Below, piece by piece: positions 12,690 through 25,600 of a stretch of DNA of 64,000 nt (position 1 is its first letter; every line of letters begins with the position of its first letter). Below the pieces are notes generated by a model that searched no databases, was not told where the DNA came from, and was given only the letters and a program-made list of their open reading frames with translations. The position numbers and the translations under genes were made by a program. Origin of the DNA: Nageia nagi (taxonomy: Eukaryota > Plantae > Pinophyta); contig JBITNC010000001.1 in the NCBI GenBank assembly GCA_050084985.1, positions 147,126,001 to 147,190,000 on the forward strand, written 5' to 3'.

Positions 12690-13914
12690 AGGCATTTTAT
12701 TTAGAGAGGGAGAATGCATAATGTTGAATCAATGATTGTCAATCATTTTTGGAATATATTCAATGATGCAAATTCTATAGAGCATCAATTTATTACACCA
12801 TGTGTATGTTAGCTCTATGTGGGGTCTCATAATGGCTACTCTACCAGTAGCATGGATAATTGGCATTGCACTTGAGTTGTTGGAGAATCTCCTATCCATC
12901 TTTCCCAAAATCATTAAATCCCACTCCAAAGTATCTTTAAAAGAGAATTAGATGTTCTAATGGTGAATACACTAGTAGATGTGTACACAAAATATGAAAC
13001 ATAGATAATAGTTACAACCTCATAATGCATAGTGATCACAAAATATAGATAACACAAGAGAATTTTAGGTAGGTACAATTTTCAAGAGTAAATCCCAATG
13101 TCGCAATCTTTTTCATATCCTTCTAGCATGTGCCATGATGGGAATTCTATTTGAAGGTGTAGAAATCGCTCAATGAGTGGTTGCAAATAGCCATGCAAAT
13201 ATCATAATATGTTTATGTATTCTATTTGTAAATAGTTGAGGAGGACTAGTAGATGGGTTTTGTAGTGACTCTTATTATAATTATTCTTGGGAAGATTATT
13301 ATATATGTATTGTTGATCACCTTTTGCTACCTAGTAGACTAGAATTATGCTTGGTACATGTACACCACTTATGACTGTAGGATCAAGGATTACATGAAAA
13401 CAATTATTTTTGTTAGAGACTAAATATACTCCATCATATGTTCTACTTTCAAATATTTTTGCTAAAGTGGGTAGGGAGGATGATGTTCCGAGTAAGGATA
13501 TTGATGAAAAATAGAGGAAATAATAAGACTCTTGGATGTATTAAGATTAAAGTTGATAGAGTATTCACACTTTTATTATAGGAGATAGATTGAACACATG
13601 AGATCTATTGTGATTTGAAGAAACTATCAAGTAAGATGAAGGTTGTGAATTATATTTCCAAATACAATACCTATGTTGAATGATATAGAAGCTGAAGATA
13701 AAGAATTTCTTACAAAAGTTTTCAATTGCATTCAAGTTATTAAATACTCTATTGGAAACATTAATAAGGTTATGAAGAACTTTCAACTATGCAATGAATA
13801 TAGTTCTGCAACTAAGTTTATCCTAGGATTGTTGCAAGGAACATTGATACAAGGGATCTAAATCGATTTATTTATTTCAAACATGGAGAATGTTCATATG
13901 GGAATTATTGGTGA
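12690..13914 (+). pseudogene. PLS-class PPR protein pseudogene with E/E+ and DYW domain remnants
   Basis: VNTLVDVYTKY at about 12963 (cf. NALVDMYAKC), YYICIVDHL, SYVLLSNIFAKVGREDDV and IHTFIIGDR (E/E+), MLNDIEAEDKE, KVMKNFQLCNEYSSATKFI, and terminal RDLNRFIYFKHGECSYGNYW* ending 13914. Multiple stops, frameshifts and deletions; the HSE zinc motif is lost. Confidence 0.9.
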
Positions 13915-15189
13915 TGCAAATTAATACGAACCGATTTCATCAATTTATTTTTCAAAAAAAATATTATTATTAAATATTTGTATGAATATACAATGTTGTT
14001 GATTGTTGAGATCAATTTATAGGAATCATCTACCATTGTAGAGTAAAGAGTTGGAGAAGGAAGCATATGAATCATAAAAATGAAAGGAGAAATATTTGAA
14101 GTAAACAAAGAATATTCAAAAAATAATAAATTATTTTAGTAGGTTTAGAAGAAATGAGGTACTTTGACATAAAGAGTAGAAAAACTTTGATGTGTACTTT
14201 TCTCTTGGCTTTATTAGGATTAATGAAGGGAGTGAGGAATGCCAAAGTCTTGCATGCAATCCAAGTTTGTTAATTTTAAATCATAATTAATACTACTAAT
14301 AGTCACTTTCTAGGCATTGGAACCTTAAAACATGTCAGCTACAAATTGGATGAGATGCCATATAACTTTCCTTAATAATTAAGGTGCATAATAGTGTGAT
14401 GGCTTCCACTTCTATACCGATAGTAAAATCAATGAGGTGTAAAAAATACGCTTGCCAATAGGGTGCTCCTCCAGTCATCACCATTAACACATTAATCATT
14501 AAATCACACCACTTCTACATCAACTATTTAACTTTCCTCATACCACTTCTAATCTCAACTCCCATCTTTCCTTCCATCTTCTTGCTAAATTGCCTACAAA
14601 AGAGTAGAATACTACTAGTAGGTGTACCTCATTCTCTCAATAGTTTTCTTTTCAAGTTTTTATTTTCTTATTTTTCAAGATATATTGGAATCTATTATTG
14701 GTTTTATGCATTTTAGAGATAAAACTTCCACTAGACCACTCCATGGCTCCAAAAAGCTAGTAGGTCTAGTGGAAGACCAACCTCTCATACTGACCTACCA
14801 TAAAGGTTTGTGCAGATGAATAGGAGGGGAAAATTGTTAAGGATGAAGAGATTGAGTTGAGGGAAGAGAAAATGATATCCAAGAAAAATATTTCAACTCG
14901 GTTGCTTCCAAGGTACTTAATTTTTGTTTCCCTATTAGAAAATAATTGAATTTTTGAATGACTTGTTAGAAATTTATTTATTTATTAATTAAATAAATAT
15001 TAATTAAATATTTTGATTATTTTATCTCTTTTAATAAAAAAAACACTTAAAATCATAGAGCATAATTATTAGTCTATGGAATACGTGTACCCATTGCACA
15101 ATAACTAGTTTATAATTTTCTTTTCTATAATACTACAATAGAGTTTGACAAGTAAAGCATATATATTAATATAATATGTGAAAACCACC

Positions 15190-15420
15190 TAAGTTTATAA
15201 TGAATTAATATTGATACAAATATTTTTTTATGATATTGAATTTGACCATAAAGCTGCAAGGATAAATTATGAATGATAGAGTGGGATTTAATTCAATTTT
15301 TTATAGGAATCCTACATATCATGCTAGAATAAAGCATATTGACATACAATATATTTTTATTCAGGACATAATTGGATAAAATATGTTATACCATAAAAAA
15401 GTGGATAAGTTGTTCTTCTA
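15190..15420 (+). mobile_element. Small copia RNase H fragment between two ~55-bp direct repeats
   Basis: NPTYHARIKHIDIQYIFIQDI at about 15308-15370. TTTATAATTTTCTTTTCTATAATACTAYAATAGARTTTGACAAGTAAA occurs at about 15109 and 15464. Confidence 0.6.
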
Positions 15421-16999
15421 AAACAAGTTTTTCTTTTAACTTTATTTATCTTCATTAATCTAATTTATAATTTTCTTTTCTATAATACTATAATAGAATT
15501 TGACAAGTAAAACACATATCATAATAGTTTTTTAATTTGATAAGTTGCTTTTGTTTTATATAAAAATATAATAATAATAATAAATAAATAAATAAATAAA
15601 TAAATAACATTATGTAATTTTTTCTTTTAATAAGAGAAAAAAACAAGATGACTTTCTATAATGTAAATAATAGTGAATCAATCTTCTATATAACAGCTAA
15701 GTAGAAACATTTGTTTATGCTAACAAAGAAGTAATTGCCAATTCATTAGTAGTAATATATATTAGAATTAATGTTTTATTTTTGGTATTCATATCAATAT
15801 TTTATTTAGAGTTTTATTTGGTTTAAACTTAACATTGAATTTCTATTTTTTAGTGTGATACAATTATAATATTTGGATGAATATGAATTATTAATTTATT
15901 TGTAAACTATATTTTATAGGATATTTGAAATATTTTTTTTAATGATTTATTCATTTTATTTGTTGTTTGAACTGAATTAAATATTTTAAAAATATGAACT
16001 TTTAAATTATATTTTTTAATAAGAGAGTGATGATGTATTGAGGGTGTAATTGTTATTATTAAGAAATAGTTTATAAGTTTAGATGGATACAAAAATTCTC
16101 AGTTGGATAATTCTATTTATTCAACATCTATTTATTTTTTACTAATCTTTTTGAAAACAATGAAAATTTAGAGTGCATAATTGCAAATATAGAACTATAA
16201 TTGAATAATAAAATATTATATAATAATAGTTAAAAAGAAAATAAAAATATTTTATTAACATCCTAGAGAGATCAAGAGTGATCTATGGGACAATTGTAGG
16301 GAGTACATTGTATCACTTTTAGTGGGATTTGATCATGGAAGATAAAATGAATTTATCTTATTTGTACATTACCTTGTTCACTAAATTAAATATTCATTGA
16401 GCTATATCACAAATAAATTAAAATATAGAAATGATATTTAGTTCAAATGATTCCTAAATAAATAAATTTTTGAGGTATATTATAAAGTAGCTTAGATATT
16501 TTTTATATATATTTGAAAGCATGGAGAGGTATTAATTTTAAGGTGTTTATCTAATTTATTGAAAGTATGTTTCTCGATGTGTTTAAATTATATATATATA
16601 TATATATCTAAGATAGTTTTATTTATTTCTTTAACTAGAAATAATTCATGAGTTTCCCATATATAGAGAAAAAATCTAAAACCTCGCTAGTAGTAATATG
16701 TTCAAACATATTTTGTATGAGCCATAGATATTCAAGCTTGCATAATAACATAAAATTATAGCTTCCACATGTTTAAGGTAACTAAAATAGATTCAAACTA
16801 AAACTAGTATCATCATCTATTAATGTCATTTTTTTTGTTAATACTAGCAAAGGTTTACTTGTAAGTTGAGTGGTTTTTTATATAGGTAACCAAAACCTAT
16901 TATTAAAAATTTACAATAACATTTGAAACATCCTACCTTTTTTTATTTCAAAGTCTTAGAGTATTCTTATGAATGTTTCTTGGTATTAAAAAATCATGG

Positions 17000-17760
17000 C
17001 ACTCATTTTTACATATTTTAATCTACTAGAGAATTATAGAGTTTGGATCCATTATTTATTTCAATTATATAACTTGAGAACCTTTCTTTCAAGAATGTGT
17101 GTACTATTAAAACCATAGTATTTGATTATTCAATCTTCTATGATCATCTCATTTTTTCCTACTTTAGGGATAACTCCTCTCCCAAATCAGCTAAAGTTGA
17201 CTATTTTTCATTTACAACCTCTTTATGTTTTATTTTCTCCTTTTTCTCTCCAACACTTGCATGCAACATGTCTCTATAATCTATAATTTCTTTTTGATAT
17301 GCTAGATATTATTTGACCATCACTTTTATGATATTATATTTCTTTCATAATATTTTCCTCAAAATTGAACTTAATGCTAGGATCTTTCCTCTTATGTAAA
17401 GCTACTTCTATTTTTCTTATTAAATTATTTATGTTCTCTTGCTTGTTTAAAATATCATTTTATGGAGGTCTATCTCCTTATGTTTGATCCTCATGGTTTT
17501 CTCTCCTATTATTAGTTACTTCTACAACATTACTTTATATTCTTCCTATATCTATGATTTTTGTAGAGTTTTCTTTTAGTTCTTCATGTCCACCTTTTTC
17601 TTGGCCATTCTTATCTTCTTATTGAGAGTATGACCTTCTTCAAATTGTATTGAAACCTAATTTTCTTATTTTTTCTTAGGTATTTATTCCTTGTGGGTTA
17701 TATTTTTTAGGTTCCACCCCTTTTTGTAAGGTTTCAAGTTATGATCCTCCTTATCACAAG
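17000..17760 (-). mobile_element. Highly decayed Ty3/gypsy protease-region fragment, present in copy A only
   Basis: The minus strand reads KIIDIGRI*SNVV (cf. IIDxGSxxNVV). The segment has no counterpart in the copy B flank. Confidence 0.4.
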
Positions 17761-17845
17761 TTGAGTATAAGCAATGAGTATTTTCATACTTCAATTTGAT
17801 TATGATATAAAATTTTACTACAACAATCCTTGTTCAAGCTTTTTT

Positions 17846-18015
17846 CATATCATTTGAAATAAAAAATATACTATAGGATCTCATAATACTTCGAAAAACT
17901 TTTTGATATTAAAATATGAAATGAAGTTATCATATCATTTAAAATAAAAAATATACTATAGGATCTCCTAATACTTTGAAAAACATTTTGATACTAAAAT
18001 ATGAAATGAAGTTAT
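17846..18015. repeat. 2 x 85-bp tandem duplication
   Basis: CATATCATTT.AAATAAAAAATATACTATAGGATCTC...AAATATGAAATGAAGTTAT starts at 17846 and 17931. Confidence 0.95.
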
Positions 18016-19728
18016 GAGAGGATGACTCATTGTAGTAGTCATTATAAGTATTTTGGTGGGATTAAAACCTAGATACCATTTTTCTAATAAACCAAAGATA
18101 CCTAAGGAGGAAAGATTGAACCTTCACACAACTAAACAAAAATATGACATAGTTATTAAGCATAAAAATGATATCTAGATTTTTATTTATTCTTGTAACA
18201 TAATATTTCTAATTTATGAATCATATAAATATTTACTCAAATATTATGAAGCTTTCATATTAGATTAAAATGTTCTCGTTCCACATATTGAATTATTATT
18301 TCATGAGGAATATTATGGTAAAATTTTTCTCTTTTATTTTCAACTAGTGTATAAAGGAGGGCCACTGTCTACTTTTGCTTCATGCAAACTTTGTTGAGGG
18401 ACTATTGTTACATCCCTGTCACTCAAAGGGTCTAACATTGTATCATGAGGCTCTAAGAAAAGATTATCAAAGTTTCTATAAATGATTCCATAGTAGGGCA
18501 AGGTTTGTAGAGTGAGTGTCTTTTCTAAAGCTTCAAGTGCACAATATCCCTTACCTTCATGCCTTTGTATCGTTTCCTATAATTCAACATACTATCCTCT
18601 TCCCTCAAGATTCCTCTTTTTATTCAACTATTAATATTTATTTAAATAGTTAATGATTATTTTAACTTTTTTTATACAAATATAGTATGACTTCTAAGAG
18701 TAACGTTATGCTATAGTTATTATCAAATAGTCAATAAATACCCTTTTGATGCATAGAATAGTGTAATGGGGACTAGAAAATAATCGATTAGTGTTTCTAT
18801 TGTATATCTTATCATTAAATATATAAGATAATATCATTATTTCATAAAAATGAAGTTCATTTCAAGATATCAAAATATTCATTTGAAGGATCTACTAGAG
18901 AAGTTGAAACCATCTTTCTTTGTACCATGTACCTTGTTATTTAATTTTATTTATGTTATAATTGTTATTTTTTATTTTTATTTTTATTATTTCCTATTAT
19001 CATTCTTCTAATTTAAATAGTTATTACTATTACTCTTACATTTCATTAATCTTAAATATTTTTAAGTTACATTCCATATATGCAATTGTATGAAAAAAAA
19101 TCTCATATATATATAAAATTAGTCTTAATTTCAAATTATCTTGAAATTTCTTCGAATTAAAATATTTATTTATATATTCTTAACAAGCATTACATAGGAA
19201 TTAAAAACTAGAATAAAGTTACTATTACAAAGTCTTGAACATTGGACCAAATAGATAAGAGTTAAATGCTGATTTGACAACCTACCACATACTCTAATGA
19301 AATGAAACTAATGTGCATATTAAGATTCCCCTATCAATAATTAAACATCATATAAACGTATCATGTTATGAAAGTGCCTCATGGATGGTGTCATGATATA
19401 TTTGAGTAGACTAATATAGATGGTGTCTTGTTTTTTGATATCCTAACCTATCATTAAAACTTTTTATAAAAAAAGTTGATGATTTTATTCTATAAAAATG
19501 GTATTACCCATGCATGAAGTTCCAAATGCCAATCTATCTGAACCGTCAACAAAACAAAAAAAAAGATTTTCTATTAAAATTGATAAAATCATGGATTTAA
19601 AAGTCTTAGAAATTATTGAATCAAATCTAACGTAATGAATGAGAACATGATCTTGGTTGCTTCATAACTGCCTAATGAATGATGTTATTCAACCAATAGT
19701 GTAACTCCAATATTTAGGGTAGACTGCG

Positions 19729-20022
19729 ATGTTGAGGAGGCTCATTTCTTTCCACAGATTTCTTCAAGAAATCCCTCATTGGCCTTTCCTCTTTGATCTC
19801 TTGCCTCCACTAAACCAGAAAGAAAAGAAAGAAAGACTGTTGAACTCAGAACGATGCTGCAAGAAAAAGGAGCTTCAGCTTCGGCACCCATCCAAATTGA
19901 TAATCAAAGTACTCCGCAGGACCTCAGCCAACAAACCCCACCTGAAGAAGAAAGTGAAGGAGAATTACCAGAAGGTCTTCTTTATGACGGGACACTATCA
20001 CGACGCCCTTGTCTTCTTCTAA
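19729..20022 (+). promoter_or_regulatory. Candidate overlapping upstream ORF (97 aa) in an alternative frame
   Basis: ATG 125 nt upstream of the main ATG, overlapping it by 169 nt. The same frame is open from an ATG in the paralogue (45403-45618). Confidence 0.3.
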
Positions 20023-21092
20023 ACAATGAGGTGGAGGACGAGAACGGCATCCGCAATTATCTGCCGCTTCCTCACATTCCCTCGCATTGTTTACACAACT
20101 TCATCGACGAATGTGGAGTCCGGAATGTGGACGAGATTGTGGCATGCTCTGGAGGATACCTTTGTTATCATCTTCACCGTTCCAAGTGCTTCTTGATTTG
20201 CCATCCTGCAAGAAAATCCTCCGAATTCTTCATTTCCTATGGTGATACATTTCCTGCCTCTTCTATATTAACAGTATTTATGCAAGCCAGAGATTACAGA
20301 AATACGCGGCTTGACGTTATTGTCCGAGATGATCCAGAGGAAGGAACGCTCTTTTCTTTTTTCAAGGTGTTTTTGTATACTTATGAGAGCGCAACTGACG
20401 ATGCGAGTGAAGAGGCACCTTGGACTCGGGCAAATAACTACTTCATGCAGTTCTGTGAGATAGGGAATCAGCCTCCTCCCATTTCAAGCTGTCAAAAAGA
20501 AGGAGAAAGAACTATCTACAGTTTGGTTTTAGATAATTTTGATAAGAGATTGAAAATCAGGAAATTGGGAGACATTTCGCATCGTTTGGAAATTTTAAAT
20601 GATGATAGTATCGTATGTTTTGGGTTGAAACCACCTTATGGACGGTATAATAAACAGATAAGTCCCGCCTTGTTTTCTTACAAAAACAAGCTGTTTATGA
20701 TGAGTTACTTAGAAAAGCATGACATGGAGAATGACCAACAAGGAATCGGTCTGTGGCGGTTAGAACCTGCACTTAATCCTGATGAACAAGGTTATACTTT
20801 GGAGAAGGTGGTTGAGTTTCCAAAGGCTTTGTGGGGCTTCCGAAAGTTAGAGCATTATGATTTTGCACAGTTCAAGGATTCTTTCGCAGTGTTTGACATC
20901 AAGTATGGATGTGGACGTGCATACAATTATGTGACCCAAAGTTTTTACACATTTGGAAGTTGCAACCTGCATCCCGGAATCTCAGATCTCAGGGCTTTCA
21001 ATTATAAAGCTACTCCTCCCGCTTCTCAGGATGCATCCACCTCTGCCTCTCCCTTTATCTCTAGAGTCTATCCAGGATGCAGGATAACCTGA
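19854..21092 (+). CDS. Intronless 412-aa protein resembling the F-box/kelch-type (UFO/HWS-like) beta-propeller substrate-binding region, with only a vestigial F-box
   Basis: Long intact ORF in a CpG-retaining island with an in-frame stop upstream. Motifs IVACSGGYLCY..FLICHPARKS (cf. VASSGGLLCF..LxVCNPLTK), PALFSYKNKLFMM, GIGLWRLE..EKVVEFP and AYNYVTQSF; ELPEGLL...LSRRP resembles only the start of an F-box. The gene call is firm; the family call is moderate. Confidence 0.85.
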   Translation: MLQEKGASASAPIQIDNQSTPQDLSQQTPPEEESEGELPEGLLYDGTLSRRPCLLLNNEVEDENGIRNYLPLPHIPSHCLHNFIDECGVRNVDEIVACSGGYLCYHLHRSKCFLICHPARKSSEFFISYGDTFPASSILTVFMQARDYRNTRLDVIVRDDPEEGTLFSFFKVFLYTYESATDDASEEAPWTRANNYFMQFCEIGNQPPPISSCQKEGERTIYSLVLDNFDKRLKIRKLGDISHRLEILNDDSIVCFGLKPPYGRYNKQISPALFSYKNKLFMMSYLEKHDMENDQQGIGLWRLEPALNPDEQGYTLEKVVEFPKALWGFRKLEHYDFAQFKDSFAVFDIKYGCGRAYNYVTQSFYTFGSCNLHPGISDLRAFNYKATPPASQDASTSASPFISRVYPGCRIT

Positions 21093-22649
21093 ATTGAATT
21101 ATACGAAATAAAGAAAAAAAGGTTGTTGTAAAAGATGGATTCACTTTGTATTTTCTCATCTTTCAGCGTGGTTCTTGCCATCCTGAGATTTATTGAGATA
21201 TTGGCCGTCTTTCTGCAATGTCACAAAGTGAACAAGAAGCAGGAAGATGTATGCATTCAATGACAATGGGATGTTGGTTCATGGTCAGAATGATGTAAAT
21301 TTTTTGCTAAGATGTTGGTAAATAATCAGAAACTGTTATATTTGCTGTAATTCCCAATTTCAACGAGAGAAATGAGTAATTTATAGCTGAATCGTAAATA
21401 AAATGTCCCATAATATTGTGTGAAAAGTGAGATTTCTTCCTCTCTTTTAGCATCAATGTTTGCTCAAGATTTCTAGCTAATACTATTTTCATCTTCGTGA
21501 AAATAATATAATCCAGTTTTTGTTCCTTGTTGTTGTAAATTTTTTCATTGAGTAGGAATATCTTTATTGTATATAATGTAGTATAAGACATATTTAATAT
21601 CATGATAATGGATATATTTTTTGGACTCATTAAGATGCCACGGTATGTATTTGTTTTAGTGTCATATAATTTTGTATCACATTCAACATGCAAAAAATAG
21701 TTAGTTGTATAAACTAAAATTTAAAATATTAATAGTGTATTTAATTAATATATAATAGTATTTTAAAATTTTGATTAATTTAGAATAATTTTATATTATT
21801 ATTCAAGAATCAAACATATTAAGTATTTTCACAAACAAGTTATTTCAAAAACAAAAACAAAAACATAAAAAGAGAATATGGGGTAGTTGGTTAAGCAGTT
21901 AAAAGTATTGTGAAAATAATGGGTGATCAAAATAATGCATATAATTAAACAACCATAAAAAGTAAATAGATATTTTAAAATAGATCTTTTACCATCTCCT
22001 TAAGTAACATTTGAAGTTTTGATGTGCTTTCTATCCCATATATGATGGCCATTTATAATGTTCCTTTTGATGTACATTAAAATTTACTTTCTTATTTTTC
22101 CATGATTTTGATGTGGTAATGGCATGTACCTTGCCACATACCCAACTACAAAAGTAATGTTAATTGTCCTATGGGTCAAATATAACAAACTATCCACCAA
22201 TGAATGGAATATAGTGGCATTAATTATTAAAACCATATAGAGTAGACTTACAAAGCTTTATTCTAGAAGCCATTCATATCTAACCTACATTACAATACTT
22301 GATATTAAATTTATTTCAGATATATATTGTATATTTAGATTATGAATGAAAATACCAGCCTTCATTTTTCACACATGTAGGTCCAAAATGTAATGCAACA
22401 AGTAAAATATTTTACTTCCTGGTGTTATTAGATTTGATTTTCATGCAAGAATTTCCTATGAAAGTTAAATCATCTACATAGAAAATACTAATGATAACTT
22501 ACCCACTTTGATGCGTCACATATATATTTTCTTTCTTCAAGACACATCTAAAGGACCCTCATTAAAAAATAAGTTATTTTCTCATACCATTCCCTTCGTA
22601 TTTTCTATTACGCCCATGTAATACTTCTTTAATTAACGAATGAAATTCT

Positions 22650-25600
22650 TGGATAAAATTTAATCAAAATGCTTCAATTACCTCAATAAGAATGAAAACT
22701 AAGATCTAAATATAATATAGATATTGAAGATACAATCTATAATATGAAATGATGAGTTTAATGCGTACAAGTGCAAAATCAAGCAAAAATAATTTCTATA
22801 ACATGAAAAGAAAAAATGGATGAAGCACTTTAGTATTTCATCATAATACTCTAGGACTATGCTAACATTTTAGCTGATATACACCTAGGGCATGATATTT
22901 TAGAGTTAAGTAATTAGAAAATGAAACATGTTTGTATTTGATAAAAAGCACCATATTTCTCCTGAAATGCACCTTCATTTCATCATGGGGATCATGTTTC
23001 ATTAGAACCTTTTTGTTCCACCTTTATATATGTCACTATACATGTACATCTTATCAAGTATTTAAACAACTTGGATCATTTGTTTGTCTTAACTTCTTGT
23101 GAGACTTTTATGAAAATTAGTATTTAAAACATGAATGGATGGATGAATTATTTTTTTTATATCATTTGATCTTCATCATATTAACAAAAATATAATTTGC
23201 AGAATTATCACTTGATGAGGTACCTATTGTACTTGATTTGGGACTATTAGAACGATTAGATTGTAGATAGTTGAGTGACACATTTAACTATGCATTTAAA
23301 TATCTTCCACCAAAGATTCCATCATCTACACATTAGTTTTTATGATCATATACTTCCCTTAAATAAAAATCACATCTCTACATATCATAACTTTATACTA
23401 ATTTTTATTGTACAACATAGAGGCTTCAGTATTCTCATAGTAGCCAATGTAAATACATGCTTTAGTATTACTATCTAGCTTCCTCCTAACCTCATCAACC
23501 ACATGATCATATTCCAAATAACCAAAAACTTTTAAATGGGTAACATTAGGCTTTTTATCATACCAAGCCTCATATGATATCACCTTCTTCAAGTTTCTAG
23601 TTGGAATTCTATGCAAGATGTACAATAATTTTTAGACTACATCATCCCAATACTTATTTCTCAACTTATTAATTTGCAACATACTCCATTCCATATCAAC
23701 AAATCCTTAAACTTTTTCATTGGGCTACTCCATTTTGTTATGAAGTATGGATAACAATGAGTTATCTTTTTATGCTAACATCTTTACACAATTAGATAAA
23801 TTCATTAGAGAAAAATCTCCATCATGATCAATCCTCAAATAATTTATGTTACAACCAATCTAATTCTTAACTAAATTCTTGAAATCCTTATGCCTTAGAG
23901 AAAAACACCCAAGTTATTCTTAAAATATTATCCATCAAGGTAAGAAAATAGTATTTCTTACTCAAAGTTTGAGTTTCTATGAGCTTATAAATATCAAAAT
24001 GAATCAATTGAGGAGGAAACAAGGCCTTACATATGTTGTTATTAGGAAAAATATATTTAGAATTATTTCCTAATGCACATACTTCATAAATAGAAATTTG
24101 ATCCTCCACCTTTGGCAAGCTATATACAATCTCAGGTGAAGTAAGCAATTTCAAACTTATAAAACTCAAGTTCCCCAACCATACAATGCAATAACCGATA
24201 GTTATTTTTAACAATCATATTTACATATTTTCCCTCCTATTCTCCAAATATCAAAGGGTAGAGTTATTAATTATCATAGGAACTATTGTAACAACTATAT
24301 TCCCATAGTTCATACCATATATTATATATTTTATATCTTTACAAAATATATTATAGTTTTTTTTCCATAATTTAGCTTACACTAAATAAATTATATTTCA
24401 AATTTATAGTATAGTATATATTTCATGAATCTTCTTCTTTTTTTCTCTTATGTTCACTTCCATCACTCTTTTTTTTGATACTTTCAGGGTTTTATCATCA
24501 CCAAGCTTGATACTAGATTTGTAGGAATGATCCAAGGAAGATAATATCTATCCCTTACCAATAATATGATTGGAATACCCCATATAAAGTATCCATATCT
24601 CTTGAAGGTTCCTATCAACCTTGTTGTATGATAAGAAAAACTTTTCAATCTCTTCTTTCATCAAAGTTAGTTTTCCTTCCTTCATCACCATCATCAATTC
24701 TACACTCTCTTTCAATGTACCCATATTTATGATAATGGTAATATTACATATAATTATTATCAATTATGTCCCTACCTCTTCCTCTTACATCTAAACAATC
24801 TCTACCTATGACACTTCCTCTAGAAGAATTCAATCCTCTCCCTTGGATACCATATCCAATTCTTTATCGATAGGAATTTGCATCAATGTCCCTTGGAAGA
24901 AAATGCTAATCAACTAATTAAATTCAAGAGTAGATAAATATTTTCTTTCTTTAATGATGATAACAATATGGATCTATTTGGGATAAGTTTTCTTAATACC
25001 TTCTTGATCACAACCTCCTTATTAATTTCTTCTCCATGGGTTTCCATTTTATTGATAAAACCTTCACTCTTACATAGTAATTTCTAGCACCTTCACTTCT
25101 TTCATCTTCAAATGTTAAAAATATCTTCTCAAAGTTTACAATTTTAGATTCTTGACTAGTTCACTTCCTTAATATCCATCTCTCAAAGTGTTCTATGCTT
25201 ATGTAGTTATTATACAACCAACAATCCTAGGAAATATGCTCTTCTCAAGGGTAGATTCAAAATGATAGTTAAATAATTGCTTTGATTTTCCTCCTTACTT
25301 ATTATCCAATCAACATCTTGAAGAGTCCTTCAATCAATTGGTTCAAGGTAACTATCCTCAAATAAATCATTAAAAATATTTATAATTCTAAATAAACTAA
25401 AAAATATATTGTATAAATAAATCATTAGTCATACTCATGTAAATATTATTTTTGTATCATACTAAAAAGGTGGAATTAAATGTTAAGTTTTAACCATATA
25501 AAAATCTAAATAAAATACTAATACGAACTATACTAGAAACATAACCATAATTATGATATATATTACAATAATTAAATTTTGTGATTACTTCTCCTGTAGC

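Larger units (their letters stand above)
16570..22005 (+). repeat. Local duplication, copy A (gene plus about 3 kb upstream and 0.9 kb downstream flank)
   Basis: Colinear matches to 43523-55710, e.g. CTTGCATAATAACATA (16737/43560), CAATAAWTACCCTTTTGAT (18732/43732), ATATAATGTAGT (21572/55344), AAAATAGA..TT.TACCATC (21977/55681). Confidence 0.85.

Noticed and set aside
21307-21693. 128-aa minus-strand ORF downstream of gene A
   Set aside because: AT-rich low-complexity translation, with no matching ORF in the homologous copy B flank.
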